Of a stretch of 64,000 bases of DNA, positions 20,444 to 30,307 are shown piece by piece. The translations under genes were made by a program, and so were the position numbers. This DNA comes from Chthoniobacteraceae bacterium (GTDB taxonomy: Bacteria; Verrucomicrobiota; Verrucomicrobiia; Chthoniobacterales; Chthoniobacteraceae), in the NCBI GenBank assembly GCA_031409335.1, contig JANNWY010000141.1, positions 15,635 through 79,634 of the forward strand, written 5' to 3'. The notes beneath the pieces were generated by a model, which saw nothing but the letters and a program-made list of their open reading frames with translations, was not told the DNA's origin and made no database searches. The stretch's first letter is position 1. Each line of letters begins with the position of its first letter.

Positions 20444-20599
20444 ATGAAAACTCCACGACAGAAAAAAGCTGATGCAGCCCGCGATACGGAATCGAACAAG
20501 GCTGCGGAGAGACTCGCGCTTTTTCGCATCCAGCGCGGACTCGATCCACTCGCGCCGAAGCAGGATGCGGGAAAGCCGCGTGCGCGGAAAGCGAAGTAG
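20444..20599 (+). CDS. 51-aa basic mini-protein resembling the N-terminal leader of the downstream BNR protein
   Basis: SD-like aggag upstream. MKTPRQ..NKAAERLALFRIQRGL matches MQTPTQ..GKALARLRLFGDQRGF in the next gene. Confidence 0.6.
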   Translation: MKTPRQKKADAARDTESNKAAERLALFRIQRGLDPLAPKQDAGKPRARKAK

Positions 20600-20652
20600 A
20601 AATTTCGACTCGTCAAATTTAGCCGCAGTAAAACTCAAACCGAAAGGCCACC

Positions 20653-23600
20653 ATGCAAACTCCGACGCAAGGCATCAAGAAAGGCAGCAGCACGAAGGGC
20701 AAATCCAGGGCGCCATCGCGTCCGCCAAAACCACCGGGCGGTAAAGCACTTGCCCGGCTGCGTCTGTTTGGGGATCAGCGCGGTTTTCCCGCGGAGGCCG
20801 CGCCCGCGCCGAAATCGAATCGCGGCAAACGTGGCGGAGCCGCGGCGCACACGGCGGCGGCTGGCATTCCGAAAAACGCGAAGGCGCGCACGTGCAAAAG
20901 CATTGGCGATGCGTATCTCGCGGCATTCACGATGCGCACGCAGGCACGGCCCGCGGGGACTCGTGCGGCGGCGGTTGCCGTGACGACAGGCTGGCGTCCC
21001 CTCGGGCCGTTTAGCATTCCGCATGGGCAAACTTACGGCAGCGGGCCGCAGAGTCGGCCATCGGTCGCGGGCCGCATTTCCACGATCGCGGTCGATCCTT
21101 CCGATGCGCAGCACATCCTGATCGGTTCGGCGGCGGGCGGTGTGTGGGAAACGCGCGATCTTGGCGCGGCGTGGTCGCCGCGGACGGACAACCAGCCTTC
21201 GCTCGCCACTGGCGCGATCGCGTTTGATCCGCAGAATCCTGCGGTCGTTTACGCAGGAACGGGCGAGGGGGATTTTTACTCAAATCTGGGCGTCGGACTT
21301 TTGCGATCGGTCGATGGCGGGACGACGTGGACGCTCCATGCGACCGCGCCGTTCGTCGGGCAGGGTTTTCATAAAATCATCGTCGATCCGCAGGACGGAA
21401 ACCGGCTGTATGCCGCGACCACTGGCGGGCTTTTCCGTTCGCTCGATGGCGGCGCGACGTGGTCCGCGCGCCGCGGCGCTTCGACTTGGGACATCTCGCT
21501 GCGCACGCCGACTGCGGGCTCGACGCCGCAGACCGGCGGACTTTTCGCGGCGTGTACGGACGGCCTTTTCCGCTCCACGAATGGCGGTACATCGTGGACC
21601 GCGGTGACGCTGCCCGGTTCGGCGGGCGGCTTCAATCGGCTCGCGTGCCGGCAGGCTCCATCGAATACCGGGATCGTGTATGCGTTCGGCGCGCTTTCCT
21701 CCGATGAGGGAAAACTCTGGCGTCGCGGCAGCTTCAGCGGCTCGTTCGTTTCGGTAAATCTTCCGCCCGATTTGCAGACCGGCCAGGCGTGGTACGATTG
21801 GTTCCTCGAAGTCGCGCCAAACAATCCCGACGTAGTGTATCTCGGCGCGATCAATGTGCATCGCGGGGTGCGCGGCGCGAACGGCACCTTCACCTGGACG
21901 AATATTTCCGCGCGCAGCAGCGGCCCGTCGATCCATCCCGATCAGCACGCGATGACGTTTGCGCCGAACGATCCGAACGTGATCTACATCGGCAACGACG
22001 GCGGCATCTATCGCTCGCCCGATGCCGGCGCGAGTTGGAAGCCGCTGAATCGCGGACTGAGCATCACGGAATTTGAATACCTCGCGCAACATCCGCAGCA
22101 CGAGGCGTGGCTGCTCGGCGGCACGCAGGACAATGGCACGCTGCGCTTCGAGGGCGAGGAGCTGTGGTTTCATGTGCAGGACGGCGACGGCGGCGATGTC
22201 GGCATCAACAACGGCTCGCCGTACACGTGCTACCACACCTTCTTCAACATGGGTATGGAACGCTCGACGACGGGCGGCGGCTGGGGCTCGTGGAGTTACA
22301 TCGGGCCGAATGTCGCGGACAGTTATGCGTCGCTGTTTTATCCGCCGGTCGAGGTGAATGGCAGCGTCGTCGCGCAGGCTGGCGCGACGGTTTTTGTGTC
22401 ATCGAACAACGGCAATTCGTTCTTTGAAGCGACGCTGCCCGCAGCGCAGGGCATCGCCAGTGCGATGGCGAGTGCGTCCTCCACGCGCATCCTCGTCGGC
22501 ACCACGGCGGGTGAAATCTATCGCGTGGATCGCGTCGGCGGCTTCTGGATCAATGGCGTGCGCCTCGGTCGTCCGCTGGCTGGATTCATCAGCGATCTCA
22601 TCGTCGATCCGACGAATCCGAATCGGTGCTGGCTGACGTGCTCGCGCTTTGGCCTGCCGCACGTCATGCGTTCCGATGATGCGGGCGTGACTTGGGTGAA
22701 TGTGAGCGCGGGTCTGCCGAACATTCCGTTCAACGCGATCGAACTCGATCCCGCCAACCCGCAAATCGTGTACGCCGCCGCCGATGTCGGCGTGTTTCGC
22801 TCGCCCGATTCGGGCGCAACGTGGATGCCGTTCAGCAATCTGCTGCCGAACTCGATCGTCTCCGATCTCTTATTCCACGGGCCTTCGCGGCTGCTGCGCT
22901 GCGCGACAAAAAATCGCGGCGTGTGGGAAATCCCCGTCGATCCCGCCACCGTCCCCGACGTGGAAATCTATCTGCGCGACAGCGCCGTGGACACGGGCCG
23001 TCTCAGCCCGTCGCCATCTGGCGTGCCCGATCCTTTCAACAAAGGCTCGGACACTTACTGGTGGCAGAGCCCGGACATCAAAGTCGATTCGCCGAGCTTT
23101 CAGCGGCCTTCGCTGAACGACATTCATTTCGAGATTTTCGAGGACGACCACGGCCTCGTGCCCGCGGGCCTCTTTCACGAAAATCCGCAGCGCGGTCGCA
23201 CCGTCCGCGTGTATGTGCAGATCCACAATCGCGGTCGTAAGGCGGCGACAAATGTGGCGGTGAAAACGTTCTTCACCGACGCATCACTCGGCCTGCCGGA
23301 TTTGCCGACAGCGTTCTGGACGAATTTTCCGGCCAACACGCTGCCGTCGAGTTCGCCGTGGAAAGTCGTCGCGCCGCATGTCGTGGTGCCGAGCCTTGGC
23401 GCGGGCGAGGCGCGCATCGTCGCGTTTGAATGGGCCGTGCCGCAGACCGCCGCGAATCACACGTGCCTGCTTTCGGTCATCAGCGCGGACAACGATTCCA
23501 TCGCGACGACGCAGCGAAACATCGCGGCGCTCGTGACCGGCGAGAAACGGTGCGGACTGAAAAATCTGACGGTCGTGAATCCGTCGGCGTCGGCTGGCAC

Positions 23601-24018
23601 GCGATTGCGCGTGGTGAAAGTGAATGTCTGGCCGAATGCGAAGGGTCGCGAATTCGGACTGGCCGCGGACGCGGGCGGGCTGAGTCTCGTGCGCGGATTT
23701 CTGACGAGCACGAAGCTTGCGAATCTCGCGCAGGAGGCGGGCTTGAAAAAAGTCACGCTCAACGAAGACGAGCAAGCGCAGCTCGATCAATTGTGCGAGG
23801 AGGACGAATGGGTCCGCAAGAACCTCGACACTTCGCGCGCGTTCGTGCCGCCGAAAACCGGACCGTGGCTGGCCGCGTTTGAATTGCCGAAAAAAGCGCC
23901 GGAGCCGCTCGTGCTCGTGCTCGACACGCAATCGAGCGCGACTGCCGGATCAATCCTTCAGACCAGTACCGACGGCACGATTGTGCTCGGCGGTTACACC
24001 TTCACCGCGAAAAAATAA
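20653..24018 (+). CDS. BNR/Asp-box (VPS10/sialidase-like) beta-propeller protein with C-terminal Ig-like domain
   Basis: Many SxDGGxTW Asp-boxes, W..LGP start, HPDQH and GGTQDNG motifs, C-terminal YLRDS..DTG..WQSPDI..VYVQIHNRG domain. No Sec signal peptide. Confidence 0.85.
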   Translation: MQTPTQGIKKGSSTKGKSRAPSRPPKPPGGKALARLRLFGDQRGFPAEAAPAPKSNRGKRGGAAAHTAAAGIPKNAKARTCKSIGDAYLAAFTMRTQARPAGTRAAAVAVTTGWRPLGPFSIPHGQTYGSGPQSRPSVAGRISTIAVDPSDAQHILIGSAAGGVWETRDLGAAWSPRTDNQPSLATGAIAFDPQNPAVVYAGTGEGDFYSNLGVGLLRSVDGGTTWTLHATAPFVGQGFHKIIVDPQDGNRLYAATTGGLFRSLDGGATWSARRGASTWDISLRTPTAGSTPQTGGLFAACTDGLFRSTNGGTSWTAVTLPGSAGGFNRLACRQAPSNTGIVYAFGALSSDEGKLWRRGSFSGSFVSVNLPPDLQTGQAWYDWFLEVAPNNPDVVYLGAINVHRGVRGANGTFTWTNISARSSGPSIHPDQHAMTFAPNDPNVIYIGNDGGIYRSPDAGASWKPLNRGLSITEFEYLAQHPQHEAWLLGGTQDNGTLRFEGEELWFHVQDGDGGDVGINNGSPYTCYHTFFNMGMERSTTGGGWGSWSYIGPNVADSYASLFYPPVEVNGSVVAQAGATVFVSSNNGNSFFEATLPAAQGIASAMASASSTRILVGTTAGEIYRVDRVGGFWINGVRLGRPLAGFISDLIVDPTNPNRCWLTCSRFGLPHVMRSDDAGVTWVNVSAGLPNIPFNAIELDPANPQIVYAAADVGVFRSPDSGATWMPFSNLLPNSIVSDLLFHGPSRLLRCATKNRGVWEIPVDPATVPDVEIYLRDSAVDTGRLSPSPSGVPDPFNKGSDTYWWQSPDIKVDSPSFQRPSLNDIHFEIFEDDHGLVPAGLFHENPQRGRTVRVYVQIHNRGRKAATNVAVKTFFTDASLGLPDLPTAFWTNFPANTLPSSSPWKVVAPHVVVPSLGAGEARIVAFEWAVPQTAANHTCLLSVISADNDSIATTQRNIAALVTGEKRCGLKNLTVVNPSASAGTRLRVVKVNVWPNAKGREFGLAADAGGLSLVRGFLTSTKLANLAQEAGLKKVTLNEDEQAQLDQLCEEDEWVRKNLDTSRAFVPPKTGPWLAAFELPKKAPEPLVLVLDTQSSATAGSILQTSTDGTIVLGGYTFTAKK

Positions 24019-24037
24019 ACCCACGAAATCACACGAC

Positions 24038-24193
24038 ATGGACTTCATCGAACGCTGGTTCAATCTCTCACCCGACAATGGCAGCGGCGCGACGGAAGCG
24101 CTCTTCCTGCTCGCCGCCGCCCTGCTGATCGTCGCAGTGGTTTATCGCCGACGGATCGCGGAACTCGCGAAGCGCCGCTCGAAAAGAGAGTAG
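24038..24193 (+). CDS. 51-aa single-TM membrane mini-protein
   Basis: MDFIERWFNLSPDNGSGATE followed by a hydrophobic helix and an RRR basic tail. Confidence 0.65.
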   Translation: MDFIERWFNLSPDNGSGATEALFLLAAALLIVAVVYRRRIAELAKRRSKRE

Positions 24194-24318
24194 TTCGAAC
24201 ACGGGCGGTTCCACACTTTCAGACCGACCGTCCCGCGTGATTGGGCGGCGGGAGTGCTCCGACCTGAAACGGGGTGGCGGACGGCCGCGGGTGCGCTACC
24301 GTCCGCGCACCCACTCCC

Positions 24319-27300
24319 ATGCGAATCCCCCTCCTGATCCTTGTCGTCCTTATCGCTGCCGCGCCATTGCGCGCGCAGATTCAGATTTCAGAGTTCCTCG
24401 CCAGCAATTCGACCTTGTTCTCCGATGAAAACGGCGACTCCGAAGATTGGATCGAGATTTTCAATACGAGCACGACCCCCGTGAATCTGCTCGGCTGGTA
24501 TCTGACGGACGACGCGGGGCTGCCGCGAAAGTGGGCGTTCCCGAGCAGGACCGTGAATGGCGGCGCGTATCTCGTGGTGTTTGCCTCCAACAAGAACCGC
24601 CGGAATCCAGCATTCAATCTGCACACCAATTTCAAGTTGAGCGCGAGTCCCGGCTATCTCGCGCTGACGCGCGACGTGGCCGGTGGCGCGCTTGAAGTAT
24701 TGCAGGCATTCAATCCCTATCCGCAGCAGGCGACGAATGTGGCGTTTGGCGTTTCGAGCACGACGGTTGTGACGCCGTTGATCGCGAGCGGTGCGGCGGC
24801 GAAGACGCTCATTCCATCGCTCGGAAATGGCGGGAGCGCGCTGGGGGCGACATGGCGCGGGGCGATTGAAAACGAACCTTTCAACGAGTCTGCGTGGACC
24901 GCGGGCACGACCGCCGTGGGTTTCCCAAATACCGGAGTGGCACCCACCAGTCTCAAGCTGCGGCTGAACGCGAACACGCTGGCGGCGATCGTCACCGATA
25001 CGTCGGGCGCGGTGCACAATGGCTCGAACAACACGGCGGGCTGGATCGCCGAGGCGACGGATGTGAACGGGCGGACGCGGCACGGGGCGATGCAATTCAA
25101 CGCGACGGACGCGAACGGCGCGGCGACGGGCGATCAAGTCGTGGTGGCGGCATCAAGCGCGGATTTTTCGAGCACGCTGGGAACGATCGCATTCTGGATC
25201 AAGACCGCGGGAAATATCGCGGATGGCGGAACTGTGCCTGCCGCGATGCTCGTGGACCGGCGGGCGACGAGCGGGCTGATCGTGCTTCTGGCGGATGACG
25301 GGACGATAAAAATCGAGGCGGGCACGCCTGGCTCGCTGTCGAACACGCTGGGCAGTGCCGCCACGGTGAATGACGATCGCTGGCATCATGTCGCGTTCGT
25401 GTTTGGCCGGAACCTCGCGGATCCCTGCGCGCTCTACATCGACGGCGTGCAATCCGGCTCGGCGAATAATGTCAGCGCGTGGGCCATGACCTCCTCGGCT
25501 CAGTTTGAAATCGGGCGCTCGCACGACAACGCCTGGCACCGCCTGAACGGCCAGCTCGACGACCTCCGCTTTTACAACTCGGCGCTGACCGGCCCGCAGC
25601 TCGTCCAGATTTTCAGCGATGAAGACGAGCCCGTGACGCCGGGGACGAACGTGCTCGCGGCGATGCAGGACGTGAATGCTTCCGCGTTCGTGCGCGTGCC
25701 TTTCAATGTCACCAACCCAGCGGCGTTCACTTCGCTGAATTTCACGATGCGCTGGAACGATGGCTACGTCGCCTGGCTGAATGGCGCGCAGATCGGCTCA
25801 TTTGGCGCGCCGACGCCGCTGCTCCACGACTCCGCGGCCACGCAGCCGCATTCCGCCGGAGCGCAGGTCGTGAATGTCCTGGCGAATCCGGCCGCCGTCC
25901 TGCGCGCGGGCGCGAATGTCCTCGCGATCCAGGCGCTCAACGATTCCCCGGCGAACGGCGTGTTCTCGGTGTTGCCAACGTTGGACGGAGTGAACTTCAC
26001 CTCCTCCAACGGCGGCTACCTCCTCGCGCCCACGCCCGGCGTGGTGAATGGCGCGCTAAAACCGAACCTCGGGCCTTTCGTCAATGACGTGACCAAGAAC
26101 CCGAGCCCGCGCCCGACCGGCACCGCGGCGAGCCCGCCGCTGGTCATCACCGCGACGGTCATCCCGTCGCTGCGTCCGCTGGCCGCGAGCAATCCTGTGA
26201 AACTCAAATACGCCACCATGTTTGCGGCGGAGTTGTCGTTGAACATGACGCTGACCGCGACGCCAAACGTCTATACCGTGAGCATTCCCACGAGCACGCT
26301 CGGCGCAGGACAAATGCTGCGCTGGCGCGTGGAGGCGACGGATAACACCGCGGTCGCGGGCACCGCGCCGGAATTCGCCGACGCGCTCGACAGCGAGAAG
26401 TACTACGGCACGGTCGCCGTCGATTCGACGATCGCGACGAGCCTGCCGGTGCTGTATTGGTTCACGCCAAATTCGACCGCCGCGGACAATGCGACTGGCA
26501 CGCGGAATTCGTTCTTTTACAAGGCGCCCGGCGATACCGGCGTCGGACGTTTTTACGACAACGTCGAGATCAACATCCACGGCCAGAGCAGCCAGGGCTT
26601 TGCGAAAAAAAGCTACGACCTCGATTTCAACGAGGACAATCGCTTCGAGTGGAAAGTGCCGGGCAAGCGCGTGAAGGATGTAAATCTGCTGACGAACTGG
26701 GGCGACAAATCGAAGACGCACAACCAGATGACCCACGAGGCAATGGCCACGATCGGCGGCGTGCATCACTGGTGCTACCAAGTGCGCGTGCAGCAGGTGA
26801 CACCGGCGAATGCGGGCGCTCCCGGGAATCATTTCTGGTCCATCGCCGACATGATGGAGGATGGCGACGACGAATTCATGGACCGCAACGGGCGCGACCC
26901 GAACGGCGCCCTTTACAAAGTGTACGACAGTCTCGGCAGCAGCGGGAGCGCGGAGAAAAAGACGCGGCTTTATGAAGGCAAGACGGACCTCGACGCGTTC
27001 ATCGCGGGGCTGAATCCGAGCACTGCGCTCGCGACGCGGCGGCGATTTGCCTACGACAACATGGACCTCCCGCAGTGCGTTACCTACTTCGTCGGGCTCG
27101 CGATCGCGAGCAGCCAGGATCACGGGCACAAAAATTTTTACGTGTATCGCGACTCGGTCGGTTCGCGCGAGTGGAGCGTGCTGCCGTGGGATGTCGATCT
27201 CACCTGGGGCCGCAACTGGCTCGATGCGCAGGGCTACTTCACCGACACGATGTTCACGAACAACGATCTGGACATGTTCAACTCCGCTCAGCAGGGCAAG

Positions 27301-29013
27301 GGCGAGAACCGGCTCTACAGCTTGATCGTCGGCAACAGCGACGTCTCGCGGGTGCCCGCGACCGAATTTCGGAACATGGTGCTGCGTCGGCTGCGCACGG
27401 TGATGGATGGCTATTTCAGCGCGCCGAACGTACTCGAAACTCGCTTCGGCCAGCTCGCCGATCTCATGGACCCGCCTGCGATCGCCACGAGCGACGCCGA
27501 TCGCGATCGCTCGAAATGGAGCTCGTGGGGAGCCGACGGCGGCTTCACCGCGGGTGGCCAGGCGATGCGCTATCACATCGATCAAATCCGCAACGTCTAT
27601 TTGCCGGGGCGTCGCACTTTCCTCAATACCGCGACCATCGCGGGCGTCGCCGTCCCAACATCGCAGCCTGCGAATGCCGCGAATCTCATCACGCTCGAAA
27701 CCGCCGATTTCAATCCCGCCACCGGCACGCAGGCGCAAGAGTTTTTTGTGGTGCGGAATTCCAACACCTATTCCGTGGACATCTCCGGCTGGCAAATCAC
27801 GGGCGCGGTGAACTGGACCTTCAAGGGCGGCACCGTGCTGCCGCCGGGCGGCGGGACGACGGAAAATCTCGGCGATCTTTACGTCGTGAAAGATCCGTTT
27901 CTCTTCCGCCAGCGCGCGACCGTGCCGGACGACGGACTCGCCGCGGCAAATCAGTATCGCTTTGTGCAAGGCCCATACAGCGGCCAGCTCAGCGCGCGCG
28001 GCGAGACGATCGAGCTGCGCGATGCGGGCGGCGGACTGCTTCGCACCAAGATGTGGACGCCCGCGCCGACGCCGATGCAAAACCAACTCCGCATCACCGA
28101 GCTAAACTACGCGCCGACGCTGCCGACCGTCACCGAGCTTGCCGCGCTGCCCGGCGTCGTCGCGGGCGACTTTGAATACATCGAACTCGCCAACGTCGGC
28201 GCGACGACGCTCACCCTCACCGGCGCGACTTTCGATCAAGGCGTCACCTTCACCTTCCCCACATTCTCGCTCGCCGCCGGGGCGCGCTGTCTGGTCGTCG
28301 CCAACGTCGTCGCGTTTCAGCTTCGTTACGGCCATGCATTCGACGCGCAGATCGCCGGCGCGTTCGTCGGCAATCTCGACAACGGCGGCGAGAACATTCA
28401 ACTGCTCGACAACGTCGGCGAGAACATCCTCGATTTCTCCTACGACAACGCGTGGTTTCCGCCGAGCGAAGAAGGCGGACGATCGATTGTGATCCAAAGC
28501 GCGAACCCGGATTGGACCTCGTACGAAGCGCCGGCCAACTGGGCACTCAGCGGCAACGCGAATGGCAGCCCAGGCACGGGCGACGCGGACTTCGCAAACG
28601 TCTATGAAGGCTGGCGCTACAGCCATTTCACCACGCTCGAATTTCCCTCACCCGCGTTCCCGACCGCGCCCGCCGCGCTCACCGTCGATCCCGATCTCGA
28701 TTTCCTGAACAATCTTTACGAATACGCGTTCGGCAGAAACCCGCGCGTCGCCGACGGCCGCGGACTCGTCTCAGGCAGCATCGTGAATGTGGCCGGCACC
28801 GACTACTGCGCGATCACCTTTACCCGGCGGCACAAGGCGCTCGATCTCACTTTCACCGTGGAGGCGACGGGGGATTTCGTGACGTGGACGCCCGTAAATC
28901 TTCCCGTCGGCGCGGAGATCGACCTCGGCGGCGGCATCGAGCAAGTGACCTATCGCGACAGCGTGCCGAGTAGTTCGGGGCAGCGCTACCTGCGCGTGCG
29001 CGCCGTGAAGTAG
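24319..29013 (+). CDS. Secreted lamin-tail / LamG / CotH kinase family protein
   Basis: Signal peptide, lamin-tail motifs (ISEFLASN..DWIEIFN; ITELNY..EYIELAN), LamG (WHHVAF..LYIDG..LDDLRFYN), CotH core (HGQSS..KKSY, HKNFYVY..WSVLPWDVD). Confidence 0.88.
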   Translation: MRIPLLILVVLIAAAPLRAQIQISEFLASNSTLFSDENGDSEDWIEIFNTSTTPVNLLGWYLTDDAGLPRKWAFPSRTVNGGAYLVVFASNKNRRNPAFNLHTNFKLSASPGYLALTRDVAGGALEVLQAFNPYPQQATNVAFGVSSTTVVTPLIASGAAAKTLIPSLGNGGSALGATWRGAIENEPFNESAWTAGTTAVGFPNTGVAPTSLKLRLNANTLAAIVTDTSGAVHNGSNNTAGWIAEATDVNGRTRHGAMQFNATDANGAATGDQVVVAASSADFSSTLGTIAFWIKTAGNIADGGTVPAAMLVDRRATSGLIVLLADDGTIKIEAGTPGSLSNTLGSAATVNDDRWHHVAFVFGRNLADPCALYIDGVQSGSANNVSAWAMTSSAQFEIGRSHDNAWHRLNGQLDDLRFYNSALTGPQLVQIFSDEDEPVTPGTNVLAAMQDVNASAFVRVPFNVTNPAAFTSLNFTMRWNDGYVAWLNGAQIGSFGAPTPLLHDSAATQPHSAGAQVVNVLANPAAVLRAGANVLAIQALNDSPANGVFSVLPTLDGVNFTSSNGGYLLAPTPGVVNGALKPNLGPFVNDVTKNPSPRPTGTAASPPLVITATVIPSLRPLAASNPVKLKYATMFAAELSLNMTLTATPNVYTVSIPTSTLGAGQMLRWRVEATDNTAVAGTAPEFADALDSEKYYGTVAVDSTIATSLPVLYWFTPNSTAADNATGTRNSFFYKAPGDTGVGRFYDNVEINIHGQSSQGFAKKSYDLDFNEDNRFEWKVPGKRVKDVNLLTNWGDKSKTHNQMTHEAMATIGGVHHWCYQVRVQQVTPANAGAPGNHFWSIADMMEDGDDEFMDRNGRDPNGALYKVYDSLGSSGSAEKKTRLYEGKTDLDAFIAGLNPSTALATRRRFAYDNMDLPQCVTYFVGLAIASSQDHGHKNFYVYRDSVGSREWSVLPWDVDLTWGRNWLDAQGYFTDTMFTNNDLDMFNSAQQGKGENRLYSLIVGNSDVSRVPATEFRNMVLRRLRTVMDGYFSAPNVLETRFGQLADLMDPPAIATSDADRDRSKWSSWGADGGFTAGGQAMRYHIDQIRNVYLPGRRTFLNTATIAGVAVPTSQPANAANLITLETADFNPATGTQAQEFFVVRNSNTYSVDISGWQITGAVNWTFKGGTVLPPGGGTTENLGDLYVVKDPFLFRQRATVPDDGLAAANQYRFVQGPYSGQLSARGETIELRDAGGGLLRTKMWTPAPTPMQNQLRITELNYAPTLPTVTELAALPGVVAGDFEYIELANVGATTLTLTGATFDQGVTFTFPTFSLAAGARCLVVANVVAFQLRYGHAFDAQIAGAFVGNLDNGGENIQLLDNVGENILDFSYDNAWFPPSEEGGRSIVIQSANPDWTSYEAPANWALSGNANGSPGTGDADFANVYEGWRYSHFTTLEFPSPAFPTAPAALTVDPDLDFLNNLYEYAFGRNPRVADGRGLVSGSIVNVAGTDYCAITFTRRHKALDLTFTVEATGDFVTWTPVNLPVGAEIDLGGGIEQVTYRDSVPSSSGQRYLRVRAVK

Positions 29014-29016
29014 AGG

Positions 29017-29039
29017 CAGGGCAGGGGACGCGCCCTGCG
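29017..29039. terminator. Short hairpin between convergent genes
   Basis: gcagggc..gccctgc inverted repeat directly after the TAG. Confidence 0.35.
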
Positions 29040-29049
29040 CGGCCACCGT

Positions 29050-30132
29050 TCACTTTTTCCACACCGGGCCGATCGTCCCGCCAGGGATGAACTCCGCTGG
29101 GAAGGTCACCTGCCGCACATCGGTGCGGTGCTGGCTCACGGCGGTGGCCCACTGCACGATGCGCCGGATCACTGGCGCGCTGCGCCAGGCGATGTGCGCG
29201 ATCGGCGGTTGGCACCATTGGAAACAGGCGTCGCGATCCTCAGCGACCAGCGAGACCTGCTCCGGCACCCGCAGTTTGCGCTCCGCGAGGAACTGCTGCG
29301 CCGCGAAGACGATGGGCGTTTCGTCGAGGAACAGCGCGGTGGGCGGCGTGGTGCGGAAGAGCGAAGTGAAAAGCGCGTGCAGGCCCGCGGGAGTTTCCTC
29401 CCAGTCCGGGAGGTTGAAATCGCCCGCCCCCACGCAGCCATGCGCGGCCAGTTCATCGAGCAGAGCGCGCGCGAGGGGCGACGGCTCCGGCAGCCGCAGC
29501 GCCCGGCGGCAGACGCAGACGATGCGCCGGTGGCCGAGGGCGATGAGCTGGCGCGTGGCGGCGAGCAGGGCGGGCAATTTGTTCGGCCCCACGCCCGCCA
29601 TGGGCAATCCCGCGCGGCGTCCGAAAAGGGCCGCGGCTGGCTGCGGCTGCGCAGCGAACCACTCCAGCACCGCGCGCGATCCCGAGCCCACCACCCATGC
29701 GTCGGCCCGCGCCCGCTGCACGAGCCGGGCGATGCGCTTCACGTCGTGTCCCAGGCCGCACTGCGTTTCCTTTGAGAAAAAAACGGTGAACCCCGCAGCT
29801 TCGAGTTCATGGTGGAGACCGAGCAAAATTTCCAGGCCCTGGCCGGCTTCATTGGCCAGCGGCTCGAAAAGCAGGATGCCAATCCGCAGCGGTCGCGTTC
29901 GGCGGGTGGCTTTGTCTGGCACATGGCGGCTGCGGCCATTCGCTCCCAGCTCCACCAGCCCCTCTGCCTCCACCGTGCGCAACGCCGTGCGCAGCGTATT
30001 GATGGAAACACCGAGGTCCGCCGCCAGCCGGACGACGCCGGGAAGCTGCCCGCGCCAGCGGCCGCCGCGCAGTCCCTCCCGGATGTGGGCGGCGGTTTGT
30101 TCGATGAGGGAGAGGCGGCGGAAGGTGCTCAT
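29050..30132 (-). CDS. Transcriptional regulator, GntR-type wHTH fused to a LacI-type periplasmic-binding-like effector domain
   Basis: LPGVVRLAADLGVSINTLRTALRTVEAEG HTH and LIALGHRRI..PPTA..VPEQVSLV effector motifs. Confidence 0.88.
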   Translation of the reverse strand: MSTFRRLSLIEQTAAHIREGLRGGRWRGQLPGVVRLAADLGVSINTLRTALRTVEAEGLVELGANGRSRHVPDKATRRTRPLRIGILLFEPLANEAGQGLEILLGLHHELEAAGFTVFFSKETQCGLGHDVKRIARLVQRARADAWVVGSGSRAVLEWFAAQPQPAAALFGRRAGLPMAGVGPNKLPALLAATRQLIALGHRRIVCVCRRALRLPEPSPLARALLDELAAHGCVGAGDFNLPDWEETPAGLHALFTSLFRTTPPTALFLDETPIVFAAQQFLAERKLRVPEQVSLVAEDRDACFQWCQPPIAHIAWRSAPVIRRIVQWATAVSQHRTDVRQVTFPAEFIPGGTIGPVWKK

Positions 30133-30151
30133 GGCGGGGATTGCCGAGGTG

Positions 30152-30166
30152 GATCGAATACTGATC
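30152..30166. promoter_or_regulatory. Putative operator palindrome GATC-N7-GATC (copy 1)
   Basis: gatcgaatactgatc, 20 bp upstream of the regulator ATG, conserved in the duplicated copy at 34490. Confidence 0.5.
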
Positions 30167-30307
30167 TACGTGAAAAACAAAGAGTCTTTGCGTCGCGTGC
30201 GGAGGCGGCCAGTGTTTCCACCGAAAACGTTTCGTCTTCTTTCCCCACATTGGAACCCCAACGCGGAGAGGCGACTGCCGCCAACATCCGCTCCAAAACA
30301 AGAAAAC

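Noticed and set aside
30130..30260. Apparent conserved peptide (D.ILIYVKNKE.LR..RRRPVF) upstream of both PEP-CTERM genes
   Set aside because: Substitutions between the copies fall on all three codon positions and the frame relative to the gene differs. It is explained by non-coding duplication.
29087..30307. 5' half of the 845-aa track ORF
   Set aside because: Antisense shadow of the regulator plus intergenic DNA. The real gene starts at the signal peptide (30308).
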